Source: Moniliella sp. 'wahieum'
Lineage: Eukaryota
Assembly (NCBI GenBank): GCA_003971905.1
Contig: RSEE01000023.1
Coordinates: 310,001-374,000, forward strand
Reading direction: 5' to 3'
Length of the DNA: 64,000 nucleotides
The notes below the pieces were generated by a model. The model was given only the letters and a program-made list of their open reading frames with translations, was not told where the DNA came from and did not search any database. The translations under genes were made by a program, and so were the position numbers. Positions 11,991 through 23,948 of this stretch are shown here, one piece after another. How positions within the stretch are numbered: position 1 is the first letter of the stretch; each line of letters begins with the position of its first letter.

Positions 11991-12718
11991 GCTTGACTAG
12001 CTTGACTAGCTTGAAGCTTGCAATGAAGCTTGAACCGTTTGACTTGGTGATGCAGTCTTCTATATGTCACAGATGCCACTTGTCAAGGGCATGTGGGTAC
12101 AAAATATGTGTGCGGGAGGGGTGTGGCGTGGGGTAGCGGCGATATAGGATTTTTACTCGTACGTTGCGCGATCGATAAAGGACACAATAATTGTGCGTTG
12201 CGCGTATCCCCGCAAAATATATGTTCAACGAAGTTAACCCCACAAAAACTCCTCGTTCTCATTATCTTATTGCTGTGAAGCATGCGAAGTTTATGTTGAG
12301 GAGCTCCGATGCTTTGTTGCACTCGTATCTCGGCCAAAATTGCAGGGCTCGCGCTGCGTCATAGAGGCGAATTATTCGAAACAGCTCTCAGAGACCAAAG
12401 GCTGTGGAGCAGCCACAGGGTGGCTGGTGCGTTTGGCCAAGATCCCTTCAGTCCCTCCTTAGGCCTAGGAGTCCCGTGTTGTCTTCCTCCTCGCGCAGCA
12501 AGACGCGGCAGCGAGACCGGCTACTTGATGTTCCTCTGTGTAGGTGTTGTTGGTTGGCTTGACCACAACCAAAACCACACCACCACACACTCTCGCGGAT
12601 TTTGCATCGCTGCACACTCTCTCGATGAGGGCCACCGGAATAACTCCAGGTCTCCATCATCAACTGCGTGGAGGACAGTGGCGTAAGCCCAAGTCTTAAA
12701 AATATGTTTAAAAGGGAA

Positions 12719-12726
12719 GGAGACCA

Positions 12727-12763
<37 letters not shown>

Positions 12764-12776
12764 CTGACAGGAGACA
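12719..12776. repeat. (GGAGACA)n heptamer tandem repeat
   Basis: ggagaccagagaccggagacaggagacaggagacaggagacaggactgacaggagaca. Confidence 0.9.
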
Positions 12777-13039
12777 TCGACTATAGTGACTAGAGCAGTG
12801 AAGGGTGGGTGCGCACACAGTCCACGAACGGGGGACCCCGTTTTCCACCCGACTATAGTAAGTGAGCGGCACGGATCAATATATGATTTGGAGGGCCGTG
12901 CAGGGGAACTCCAACACTCTCACCCGCAGTAGTACACTGGTGCAATGGATATACCCCCGATAGTGCGCGATGGATGTGATCAATGATGCCGATTATGCGG
13001 GGAGTGCGGGGTGGCCGCGGCGATAAAAAAAATGGGCAG

Positions 13040-16000
13040 ATACGCGTCACGCGCCACCGACGAATTGCGATAGCGTCACGCGTGTCACACGCATCACAGT
13101 ACGTCAACACAGTGCGTGTTTTAAAAAAGAACTGGTCACCCGTAAGCGAGGTAACCGGTACCCGGTTACCGAATCGATAATCACATGCATCACATGCACA
13201 ATCGAGATCCATCTCTGCAGCTGCACCTAGAGTAGACGTCGGGTGCAAGGGGGCGGATGGGTGTAGCAGCTCCCTCTGTTCGTGCCTCTTTGTGCGTTAT
13301 GCTTTCCGAAGCACATACACAGTATCAGTAGCTCGAACCAATTGTAGGTGTGGCCTGGGGTGGCAGGTGTAGCACTCTGTAGGGGTGGTGAGGCTGGCGG
13401 CGAGGCCGTGACGCGTGAGGCCTGAGGCCACCGTGAGGCACTGGCCGCCGGCCCCCGAAGGGAAATTTGCCCCCCTAAATTCACCGGCTGAGGGAGCTGG
13501 AGCACGCCTGGGCCGGCACGGAGGCGCTTGCGGGCCTTGCGGAGTTCGCTGAGGTCGGTGCCACCTCTCAGGCCCTGGGGCCTGAGGCCCCTGAGAGTAT
13601 CGATAACCGGTTACTATTAGCCGATAACCCTCAGGCTGAGGGCCTGAGCCTCAAGCCTCACTAGCACTATCAATGATCAATGAGTGACCGGTGACCGGGC
13701 GACCTGTGAACGGGTGACCAGTGATCACGGTCTGATCGATGATCGAATATCGGTAATGAAAACCGGCCGGTAATTCCGGTAATTACCAGGCGGGTTACTA
13801 GGTTACTCCGGCACTGGTTACTCCTCTGGGGTTCTCCGCGGTGATAAAACTTGGTTTCTTGTTTGCTACCCTAGGAAAACACTTGACACCGTGGGGGGGG
13901 GGGGGGCAGCAGAAAGCCTATGGCCCCTAAAAACGATTGCCCAGAGTCCAACAATCGCACCCTTTGTGGATGAGAGGCCACGCCAGCAACACCAGGCAAC
14001 ACCACACACTCCCTCTTTGCCTGTGCAACAGAAGTCTCTTTTGACCTTATTCGATGTAGGGCCTTCTTAGGCCCTATGACTGTCACTGGAATTCGTGTGT
14101 GAAATTGTGAATGAGGACTGGTGGGAATGCGCTTGATCCATGAGCGCACGATCCATAAGCATGGAAGATGAGCATGTTGAATGCCGGTGGTGAGCCGGTG
14201 ACCGGTGAGTGTTGATCGTCACCACAGTGAGTGTACTGAAATGCGCTGGCGAGTATCTGTACGGTGAGTTAGCATTTGACCTAAACACAGTTGATGAGTT
14301 CATTAATCCTCGTACTGAGTACAGTACCCACCGACTGTGACTTCGCACTCAACGCGAGTTGCTGTCCTGAGGTCTGACGGCCTGACCGGCTGAATACTCG
14401 AACTGACCAGTGACTGAGTACGAGTACTCAATACTTACTCAGTACTCAACGTTCAACTGAGTACTCAACTTGGTACTCAAAGGGAGTTGCTGCCCTCAGA
14501 CTGAGGCCTCAGACTCAATCGCACTCGATACTACTCGGTCAACCCGGTCAACGACGTTCAACGTTGAAGGTTCAACCCGACGCGATTAAATGAGTACTCC
14601 GAGCACTGTTAGTTCAACGTTCAACGTTCACTGTATGTTCACTGTTGGACTGGGTCTTTGGACTTCCGAGCTCACTCACTGTGCTCAAGTAGTGTGGTCG
14701 CTCGCCACGTTGTCAGCAGTCAGTTCACTATTCACTAGCAACTAGTCACTAGTCACTAGTCACTAGGTAGTCACTCCAGCAACCCTTCTTGGCGCTCGCA
14801 CGGAATTAATTGAACGTTGATGCATTGAAGGTTGTGGGGAGACGAGCGGGCTAGTCGCGGTGGCCGAAGAGGACTGGGTACTGGGTACTGATGTGGCGCT
14901 GATGCGGCAACATAACGGGTAACCGGCAATGTTAATGAAGACTCGATGACGTATGTTGCCATAGGGGACGTGTGGCACGTCGCGAGGGAACAATACTGTC
15001 CGTGTGCTTCGTCCTATACTACCACCTTGGGCACCAACAGGCACTTATTGACTGTTGCCAGCTCGTAAATGGAAGACACTATGTGACTGGTGCGGATGTG
15101 GGGCGGGGGCAAGAGCTCCGGGTGTGGACTGCTGCGGGCTCGTCTCTAGCTTCAAGCTTTGCCCGTGAGGCCTGAGGCGAGGGGTCGCCTACTGCACCAT
15201 TAGTTGCAGTAGTATGCATCACACGCACATCACAAATGCCGCAGCAGTCGCGAGAAGGGGATCAACACCCGCAATTAGTGGTGCATCTGTGCATTTGTGA
15301 GGGATACCAGGGATACGATCGATCGGATACCGATCCTACGGGGATCGCGCTGCCAAGGCCGGAGATAGTAGTGGGCCAGTTGGTGGCAATGCTGTACTTA
15401 CCAGAGGTGGGGCTTGCTAGGACCTGCGTTCCTGTGCACGTTCCTGCGTTCCTGTGCGTTCCTGCGTTCCTATGCCGGTTCCTTTGCCTTAATAGTTTGG
15501 CAGGAGCTGTTCTACTGCTGCACCTTTTATTTTTGTTCATAGCGCAAGGCCACACGGCCAGTGCAATGGGAAAATGTGGGTGAGAGCAGCGACTGGGGCC
15601 AAGGAAGGCCAAGGAAGGCCAAGGACCAAGTGGCAGAGCGGAGCGGCGGTATGTCCATTTGTAGTAGTAGGAGCTTCCACCTGCTCTCTGCAGCTCGAAG
15701 AATCGCGCTGCTTCAAGCGTCACGCGTGACGCGCCATGCGTCATGCGTCGCTTCTGCCACTTTGGATCAAGGTGGCGATCGGCTGCTACAGCGCAGCGGA
15801 GTGACTAGTGGCCAGTGACCAGTCAGTGAAACCAGTGACTACCATTCGCGCGTGTTCGTTCACGCGTCACGCGTCACGCTCAGCAGGCTCACCGGCCACC
15901 CCGCTCACCGGCAATTATCGGCACCGAGTTCATCTTGTTCACGCGTCACCGCGTCACACGTCACACGTCACCTAGGTCCATCACTTTTTTCTTTTTTTCG

Positions 16001-16160
16001 TTCGTCGACCATTGATCGATCCATGGCCATGCCTTCCAATGCGGGGTGCGCAAGGCACAAGAGTATGAAGTGGAAGCAGCTGGAGGGGTGAGAACTCTGG
16101 AGACTATTTCGGGGAACATTGCACCGTTCCACATTTCTCCACTCATCGATCATCGATCAT
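13040..16160. repeat. Dense field of T-N-A-linked hexamer palindromes
   Basis: Examples: 13411 acgcgt-g-aggcct-g; 13599 atcgat-a-accggt-t; 14441 agtact-c-aacgtt-c; 14741 (actagt-c)x3; 14813 aacgtt-g-atgcat; 15862 (acgcgt-c)x2; 16145 (atcgat-c)x2. Confidence 0.9.
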
Positions 16161-17511
16161 CTGCATCAGTACCAGTACGTGCCCACTACCCACGCACTCA
16201 CGTACTCCCGTAAAGACGAGGCCATGCTGTGCGTGTGATGCACTTGCATGGCATGGTTGCACTGGGTGGCGCAGCCGGGGGGCTGTGTGGGATGGTTCTG
16301 CAATGAGAATGAATAAGCCATGCACTCTTGCGTACTGCGTAGCCCCCCCTTTGGTACGTAAACCATCCAGGTTTTAGATTTCATTGCCTCCTCCCCAAAT
16401 CCACTGCGGGGGTGCGGGGATGTCTCAGGTTGCTGGCCGCACGGGACGGCTGTCGACTTCCCATCCCTGCCCTTGCCGCAGCAGGCGCGTTTTTTCTGCA
16501 CACAATGCCGTGTGTCAGTGATGTCATCGATCGCCGGCATGGTTCCCTCGCTCCCGGGGTCCAGTTGCATTGCTGTGTGTGACAAGCAGACAGCGTGGGG
16601 CTCCACCGGCCTGAACGCTTACACTTGCCGTCCGCCGGAGACACCGGCGCCTCCGTTGTACCGCTCGGGCGCCTCGCGCGGCCCGCATACCGCCGGCAGC
16701 AGCCGCTGGAGGGACTGCGAGAGCATCCCAAACGGAGCATGCAGGTGGGATGCTGCGTAGCGAGTACCCAGTACTACTGGCTCAGTACTCAGTACGTGCG
16801 CACATGCTTTTAGCGCTACGAGCTGTGGGGGCTATTGGGCGATGCTGGCGCCCTGCTCTTCGCGCTCCCGGCCTAGCGCGTGCCACGTTTCACCCGTCTG
16901 ATATCACACGCCGGAAGCCGCACCTGCCGCACCATGCACCATGCACCATGATGCATGCATGATGCACCTCCGTCACCTCCCATCTACAGTCGCGCGTGCG
17001 CTTGATGCGTGACGTCGCCGCGACACCCAAGTGGAAGAGACACGGTGGCGATGTGGATGTTGGGCAGGTGCAGCTGCGTGGCGCCTGGCTGGCAACGAGC
17101 CGGCGCTTCCTCGCATACTTCTCCCAACGCGCCCAGCGCGGCGCGCAGCGCGGCATTAATGGACTCGCTACGTACTGCTTCCTCCCCCCGGATTTCTGGC
17201 ACAAACCAAAGCCGCCTCGAGCCAGACAGTCGCACTGGATCGGTGTCGACGTTGACCGGTGACCCCCCTGCCTGATGCACCCGAAGCTCCCCGCTTCTGG
17301 TGGGGCACTGGCGCCGTCCGCCGATGACCGGTGATGCATGATGATCGATGTGCACCGGCTCTCTGTGCTCGGCTGCGGTTCTGCGGCCCAGGCTCGGCCC
17401 CGCAGAGCAGCAGCCTGCAGCAGCCCTTTCCCCCTGCGTTCCTGCTGTTCCTGCCGTTCCTCCCGGCAGGCTGGCACATTTTCACTCTCCTGCCCCCCCC
17501 CCCAGATTGCA

Positions 17512-17517
17512 TATATA
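17512..17517 (+). promoter_or_regulatory. Possible TATA box of the STL1-like gene
   Basis: TATATA about 75 nt upstream of the ATG at 17588, followed by a pyrimidine-rich leader. Confidence 0.4.
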
Positions 17518-17587
17518 CCCCCGCATTCGCCCCCCGCTCTTTTCCCCACACACCCCCACAACCACAGCTTCCCCTCTCCCTCTACCA

Positions 17588-19332
17588 ATGTGGACCAGCA
17601 CTGCTGGCCTTTCCGGCCGCCAGCTTCAACTGGCCATTACAGTCACCGCCGTCATGGGTTTCTCCCTATTCGGCTACGATCAGGGTCTCATGTCTGGCAT
17701 CGTGAACGGCGACAAGTTCACTCAAGAGTTCCATGCTCTCTACACAGCTTCCGGTCGATCAGAACGCCCCGCCAGACCCTCATGTCACGGCGTACAATAA
17801 GCATGTCTCCGTTCTGCAAGGCGCCGTGACGGCCTCCTACGAAATCGGGTGTATCATTGGGGCAGTTTTCGTCCTTCTCTACGGAGAGAAGTTTGGTCGT
17901 ACCCGCAGTATGGTTTCCGGCGGTCTCATCATCATCATGGGCACTATCATTTCCTGTTCTTCGTTTAGGCACTCCTGGGGCCTCGGTCAATTTGTTACCG
18001 GTCGTGTCATTACCGGTGTGGGCAACGGGATGAACACGGCGACCATTCCCGTCTGGCAATCGGAGTTGTCGGCGGCGCACAACCGTGGCTTCCTGGTCTG
18101 CTTTGAGGGCGCCATCATTGCCGTTGGCACGTTTGTTGCGTACTGGGTCGACTTTGGCATGTCCTACGCCAACAACTCGTCGCAGTGGCGTTTCCCTGTT
18201 TCGCTCCAGATCCTCTTTGCCGGTCTCACCTCGGTCGGTGCCTTGCTCCTGCCCGAGTCGCCGCGTTGGTTTATCAGCAAGGGCCTCGACGATGAGGCTT
18301 TGTATGTCATGGGCCGCCTGCAAGGCTTTGATGCACCTGACGAGAAGGCCATGCACGACTTCGAGATTATGAAGGCCGACCATCGGGCCAAGGACAGCGG
18401 CAAGTCGGCTTGGTCCCAACTGTTCCAGTTTGGAAAGGGCCAGGAATTCCAACGCATGATGGTGGGCGCTTCTGGTCAGTTCTACCAGCAATTCACGGGC
18501 TGCAACGCTGCGATTTACTACTCGACCATTCTCTTCCAGAAAGACCTGAAGCTGAAGGGCAAGCTTCCTCTGATTATCGGTGGCGTGTTTGCGACGGTGT
18601 ACGCACTTGCCACCATTCCCTCGTTTTGGATGGTGGAGCACATCGGCCGTCGCAAGCTCTTCATTATTGGTTACGCTGGGCAGGGTCTGAGCTTTATATC
18701 ACGTTGGGTTGCTTGGCCGGTACTCATGGAAGCAGCGACCGGGAGACACCTAAGGGTGCTGCGGTTGGTCTCTTCCTTTTCATTATCTTCTTTGCCTTTA
18801 CTCTTCTCCCTCTGCCCTGGATCTACCCTCCTGAGATTAACCCGGCCCGTACACGTACTGCCGGTGCCTCGGTCGCGACCTGCACCAACTGGGTTACCAA
18901 CTTCGCAGTCGTTATGTTCACTCCTGTCTTTTCCGATGCCACCACCTGGGGTGGAATCTACCTCTTCTTCGCTCTGATGAACTTTACTGCCATCCCGATT
19001 GCCTACTTCTTCTTCTTCTACCCCGAAACTGCCGGCCGGACCCTGGAGGAGATTGACATTATCTACGCCAAGGCCCACACCGAGGGCAAGTGGGCGTTCC
19101 AAGTGGCTAATGAGATGCCCAAGCTGGACCACGAGGAGATTCTGCGCCTCCAGACCGAGTACGGCCTGGGCAACTCAGGCTCCCCTGCCTACTCGGACAC
19201 CACTCTGACCGCCTTGAACGTGACATGGCCAAGGACACCCCCACTCAACTTGAGGACCGCGACGAGTTGGGCGAGAAGACTGCGCCTACACGTTTGAATG
19301 ACACGGACGCTGACGCGCGCGTCTCTCCTTGA
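17588..19332 (+). CDS. STL1: MFS sugar porter, STL1-like glycerol/H+ symporter
   Basis: GFSLFGYDQGLMSGI, GRVITGVGNGMNTATIPVWQSE, QWRFPVSLQ, LPESPRW, GASGQFYQQFTGCNAAIYYS, PWIYPPEINP..TR, YPETAGRTLEEID. Intronless; about three frameshifts. Substrate is inferred from similarity only. Confidence 0.88.
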
Positions 19333-22185
19333 AGATTCCCCCTCCCTCTTCCCCTAGATATTCCGTGCGGATTTGACGTTCTTGTCAATTGATGATACAC
19401 CTGCTCTTTGCATTTTACACACTGTCTATACACATTCCAGTAGTAATTCCACACGGTATATCGTTCTCGCTGCTCGCCCCATTGCGGTGAACCCATTCCT
19501 TTACGGGGAACTGTGCCCACATTGTACATTGCAAACTCGTGTTGTGTCGCCAATACTGCTTTGCATTCACAGTTGATTGAAGACTATATACCAACTGATG
19601 GTCCAACGTTCAGACTGTCACCGCACCAATGAGCAGCACACCTGTAGTAAGCCCCACATGCTCAGGCGACTCCAAAGATGCTTAGTAGACAATCCAAAAG
19701 GGGTTCCGACTGACGGTTAGGTGCTGAGTATGGCGGCCACCGGTTTTTTGGCCCTCTAGAACAAAACGCTGCAGTGTAGAGTTCGATACGTTTTTGGTCG
19801 CATGTGGTAACATTACCGCAGTAGCGCTAAGCAGGGAGGGGCGAGGACACCCTTGCGTGGAATGCCCGAGGACATGATACCGGATGTGTGCCTTTTTGAA
19901 TAAGTGCATCATTAATTATGCCACTACTGTGTGCCTCCGTCGGTAGTATACTCAGCACTCTCCGACGAGCAAGTCTACAGGAGAGGGTAGCCTGTCACGG
20001 GGCGGGCCGAGACCTTTGGTGGGCCGGCTGCTCATGTGGCAAGGCTGCGTCGGCACCGGCTTGGGCCGTAGTAACGTGTCTGAAGCCTCGGACGGGAGGG
20101 GGCGCAGAGGCGGACAAACACTGTCTCAACTGAGACTGGATAGATGCTGGAAATCGACGCGGCAAGAGGAGGACTCGCGCGACTGGACTGACGGATTTCT
20201 GGAGGACGAGGCCGGAGGAGGAGTCGGACGCTAAAGAGGAGGTTGCCTGTACTGGATCAATTGGCTGGAAAATGGGCAGGAGTCAGACAGGATAGGGTTG
20301 AAAGGACAAGAGGGTTGATGTCACAGTCGGGGCTAAGGCGATGAGGGAGACCAGAATCGGACTACGCCAAGGGGTGTAGCAATCGTTCGTGAGGAAGAAG
20401 CAAGAACAGAGGACATGGTGCGAAGTGGAAGGACCAGGGAACGAGCAAGACGCTCGAGGCGAAGAATTTGGAAATGGGAGCGAGATCAGTCAAACTATGA
20501 CAGTTGACGAGAATGGAGGGTGGGGGAAAGGATCCCCATCGACCAGGGGTACAGGCAAGATCAAAAGGGAAACGGATACAAGGGGGGTGTAGAAAGGAAG
20601 ACACGTCAAAAGCGGAGTTGGTCGCCGCAGGCGCGACCGAGAATGGAAAAGGAAACGGGGACGGGGCGACAGTCGTCGCAACGACACTGGAAGCTCGGTG
20701 GCCTTATTTAGGTCAGCGGACTTGGACTTTTGGCCGGTTGGGGGGGGGGGGGCACTATCGCGCGGATACATGGCCCTTCGGGCCACGGTACCATCCTCAC
20801 ACTTGGTTGGCCTGCGGAGCACGCTCTCCTGTGGTGAGCATGTGAGGAACAGGCGGGCCTTTCCACCGCAGCCTGTAACATAGTCGGTCGATCAGTCACA
20901 CAGAGCGGGAGCGAGGTTACCGGTTACGCAGTTACGAGTGAAGCGAAGAGCGGAGCGATGGTGGTGATACAGCGGACACCAACTGCAGAGACGGAGGACG
21001 GGAAAGGCTGGCGCGCGCACAACGCGCGCTATATGGGATGAACTGGCCTACTATTAGCGCCCCTGAGCCATGGCACCGGCCTTTACTTCGGCAAGCTATC
21101 ATATATCACCCCCACGTCATAACACCAATAGTCGTTAGCCTACTGTAGCTCGTCCCAGGACCGCCCAGCCAGGCCAGGGGCCACAACCGGGATTGCGTTG
21201 GGAAAACCCATTTCCTGTCACTACTACATTAGTTTTCCCGGCCGGCGACAGGTACCCTGCCGGCCGCGACGGGCCAGGGCGCGCCCCCCCACAGCAGTCG
21301 CCCTTTGAACCTTCCCACCAACATGCCTGCCCCCAAACCGATGCCATAGGGACGGCCACCTGCAGAAGCTCGTGCTCAGGTCGCAGGGGTACGTTGATAG
21401 GTGGCGGCAGCGAGTATGCATCACGTGAGAGGGGAGAGGGGACGAAGCTGAGCCTCAGCCTTCAGCTGAAGTCGATGAAGCAGAACAGATTATCCGACAC
21501 GGTCGAATTGTCGATTGGCAGTTACTAGTTACTCGTTATAGTTACTAGTTACTAGTTACTGCCACTAGTCAGTACCACTAATACGTAGTCCACAAAATAA
21601 AAACAGAGCATATCTTGCAGCGCCCTCTTGGCGTTGCTCTGTGGCCAGGGTGTTCTATAGCGGCATAGAATTACGTGCGGAAGAGCGAGGATGGCCATGT
21701 GCTGTGGTATAGGATGCGCCAAGGGCCGCAACATAGAGGCTCCCGTACTGCTAGGCTGCACGCGCACCAGCTCCATGTGCAACCGATGGCCGCCACGCGT
21801 CACACGGCGTCACGCCGAAAGTTGCTGGCGCGATTCGATTGATGGGAGGGCGCGAGCAGCGACGCGGCCAGGCGGGGCGCTCTGGGGCGCTCTGGCTGGA
21901 ATGATGACGATGTGATGCGTGATGCATGATACATGATGCATGATTAAGATTTGCAACAGGCGAGGGGTGACTGATGTCATGGTGTTTCAGTGGGTGACAT
22001 TTTTATCGCTCCTTCAGCGCTCACAGCTGCGCCGCAGACTAGGAGTACGAGGTGGTAGAGTGTCCTACGGTCGATTGCACTGTATTCAAAGCACTACGCC
22101 TCCGCGTAAAACCCAGCCAGACCGAAGCTGGTTGACGTGTTGGCGTTTGCATTTTGTCCTCTCCTCCCCTACCACCTGCTCCCTA

Positions 22186-23560
22186 TGGTCTTCCACCTCC
22201 CGGCCGCTTTCCCCCCCGAGGGCGTTTCGCTCACCGTCCCCAAGTCCGACAGTTACACCACCCAGCTCAATCTCGTTCCCCAGCCGCCAATACGCGCAGC
22301 GGTGGCATCCACACCTTCCGCCTCGACGCCTGGCCAACCTACCCATCCCACGTTAGCTGAGGAGTCTGATGCGCCTCCCGCGTACCACCCCACACACTCG
22401 CCCACCCCTCCTTCGACAGCCACCGAACAACTGGCCAAAGTCAACAATGACAAACAGTCTCCCACGACCAGCCCTCTTGCGTTTTGTCTAGCACCCGCCC
22501 CTTGCCCTCTCACAACCCATCCCCCCCACCACCTCCAAATCGGGTCTCTTGGGTAAATTGACTGGGTCCAGGAAGACGACATCCTCATCTAGCTTGCCAT
22601 GGTGCTTCGAGTTGATCTCCGAGGAGCAGTACGAGCCGTTGGCTACCATCCAAGAGACGGGACCCAAAACGTACACGATTGACGTCACGTCACCTCCGTT
22701 GGGAGAGAAAAAGGTGGCCGAACCAGGGAAGCACGTTGCGCGGATCAGTAGGCATTTTCGTGATCACAAACTGTTGTCTCCACGCCTTGGGCGAATGGGC
22801 GTGGCAAGGATTATTGAACAAGCAACTGTTCCTTGAACCCGTTAATCCAGATGAGAATGGTAATCGGCCTCGCTATGCGTTTGTTAACTTTGGTACGTCT
22901 GCATTTCCGGGTGGATTGGCTTTTCGGTGGTCCCGTAGGCAATCGACGAGGTCGTTACGTTCGGCGCGACTGACCTATATGATGTTATATCCACCGATTC
23001 TCGGTGCTGAACAGCGATGAACGTGGTGCCCCGGTTGGAGGTGATCAGCAAATGTCCGGATGTGGTTCTTGCTTGCGTTGGCCAGTCTCTATCCCCTCCT
23101 CCACATTCGCAGGAGGAATACGATACCAAGTTCACCACGAAATCCAGGAAGCCCAGATCAATAACGTAACCCGTGCTCGCCGTTGGGAAACTACCTTGTC
23201 CGCGCATTTCCCGGGCATCCGTCTAAGGGAAAAGCCCCCTAGAGCATGCTCGCCCGCCCAGCACGACAGAACCCCAAGCGCCCCTCCCATTTCCTCCATC
23301 GGCTTGGATCCTGCCGACCATCAATGCCCGCCCCCTGACTATTCGCCTCACTCGCTTGAGCCGATCACGATCAGTGTGGATTGGATGGGACATACCTTAT
23401 CAAATGTGCAGTGGTTCCTCTTTTTCTCTTTGGGCGAAGAAGCATTCCTTCATTTTCGGACTTTTGCATAGACGTTGTGTGTGGGCTGCGGGTGGACACG
23501 GGCTGGGTCGTTCCACCTGCACAAGCATCGCCCGTGTGCAGCAGCCCTGGGCTCTGTATG
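22186..23560 (+). pseudogene. Degenerate ORF, possibly a retroelement ORF1/gag-like relic
   Basis: Pro-rich N-terminus, RNP1-like RPRYAFVNF near 22870, and a Cys/His cluster near 23400-23520 resembling a broken zinc knuckle; several stops and frameshifts. Confidence 0.25.
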
Positions 23561-23948
23561 ATACACAGCATATACTCCAGCCTCCCTCCAACAATGAACC
23601 ACATGACGCACGTCCAGTATCAATCTACAGGCAAGCGGGCAGAAGGACAGCTAGGAAGAGTAGCTGATTCCATTGTAGGGAAGAGATGTCGGCAAGACCC
23701 ACAACATGTGGTCACCACACGTACGGGGAGAGCATCCAGCAAACACTCTGTCAGTTACACCGGTACGATTTTGGTTGAGGCAACTCCCGTACACCGTCCG
23801 CACCGTCGGCTCGGTATGAGTACCGGGATGAAAGCTACTAACAAACGAACGAAAAACATCTCTACCCCTAACTTCACCGCCTCGTATGCCCATCGTATTC
23901 ATTGTGCATCGCATCGTACTGGTAGACATGGTCGCAGAACGAACGTGC

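Noticed and set aside
13040..16160. CRISPR-like or restriction-site (cloning vector) interpretation of the palindromes
   Set aside because: There is no constant repeat with unique spacers and no cas genes. The motifs are degenerate, dispersed over 60 kb and embedded in fungal intergenic DNA, unlike a polylinker.
20130..20720. Purine-rich stretch with short ORFs
   Set aside because: No recognisable motif in any frame; it could be a decayed gene but I cannot support a call.
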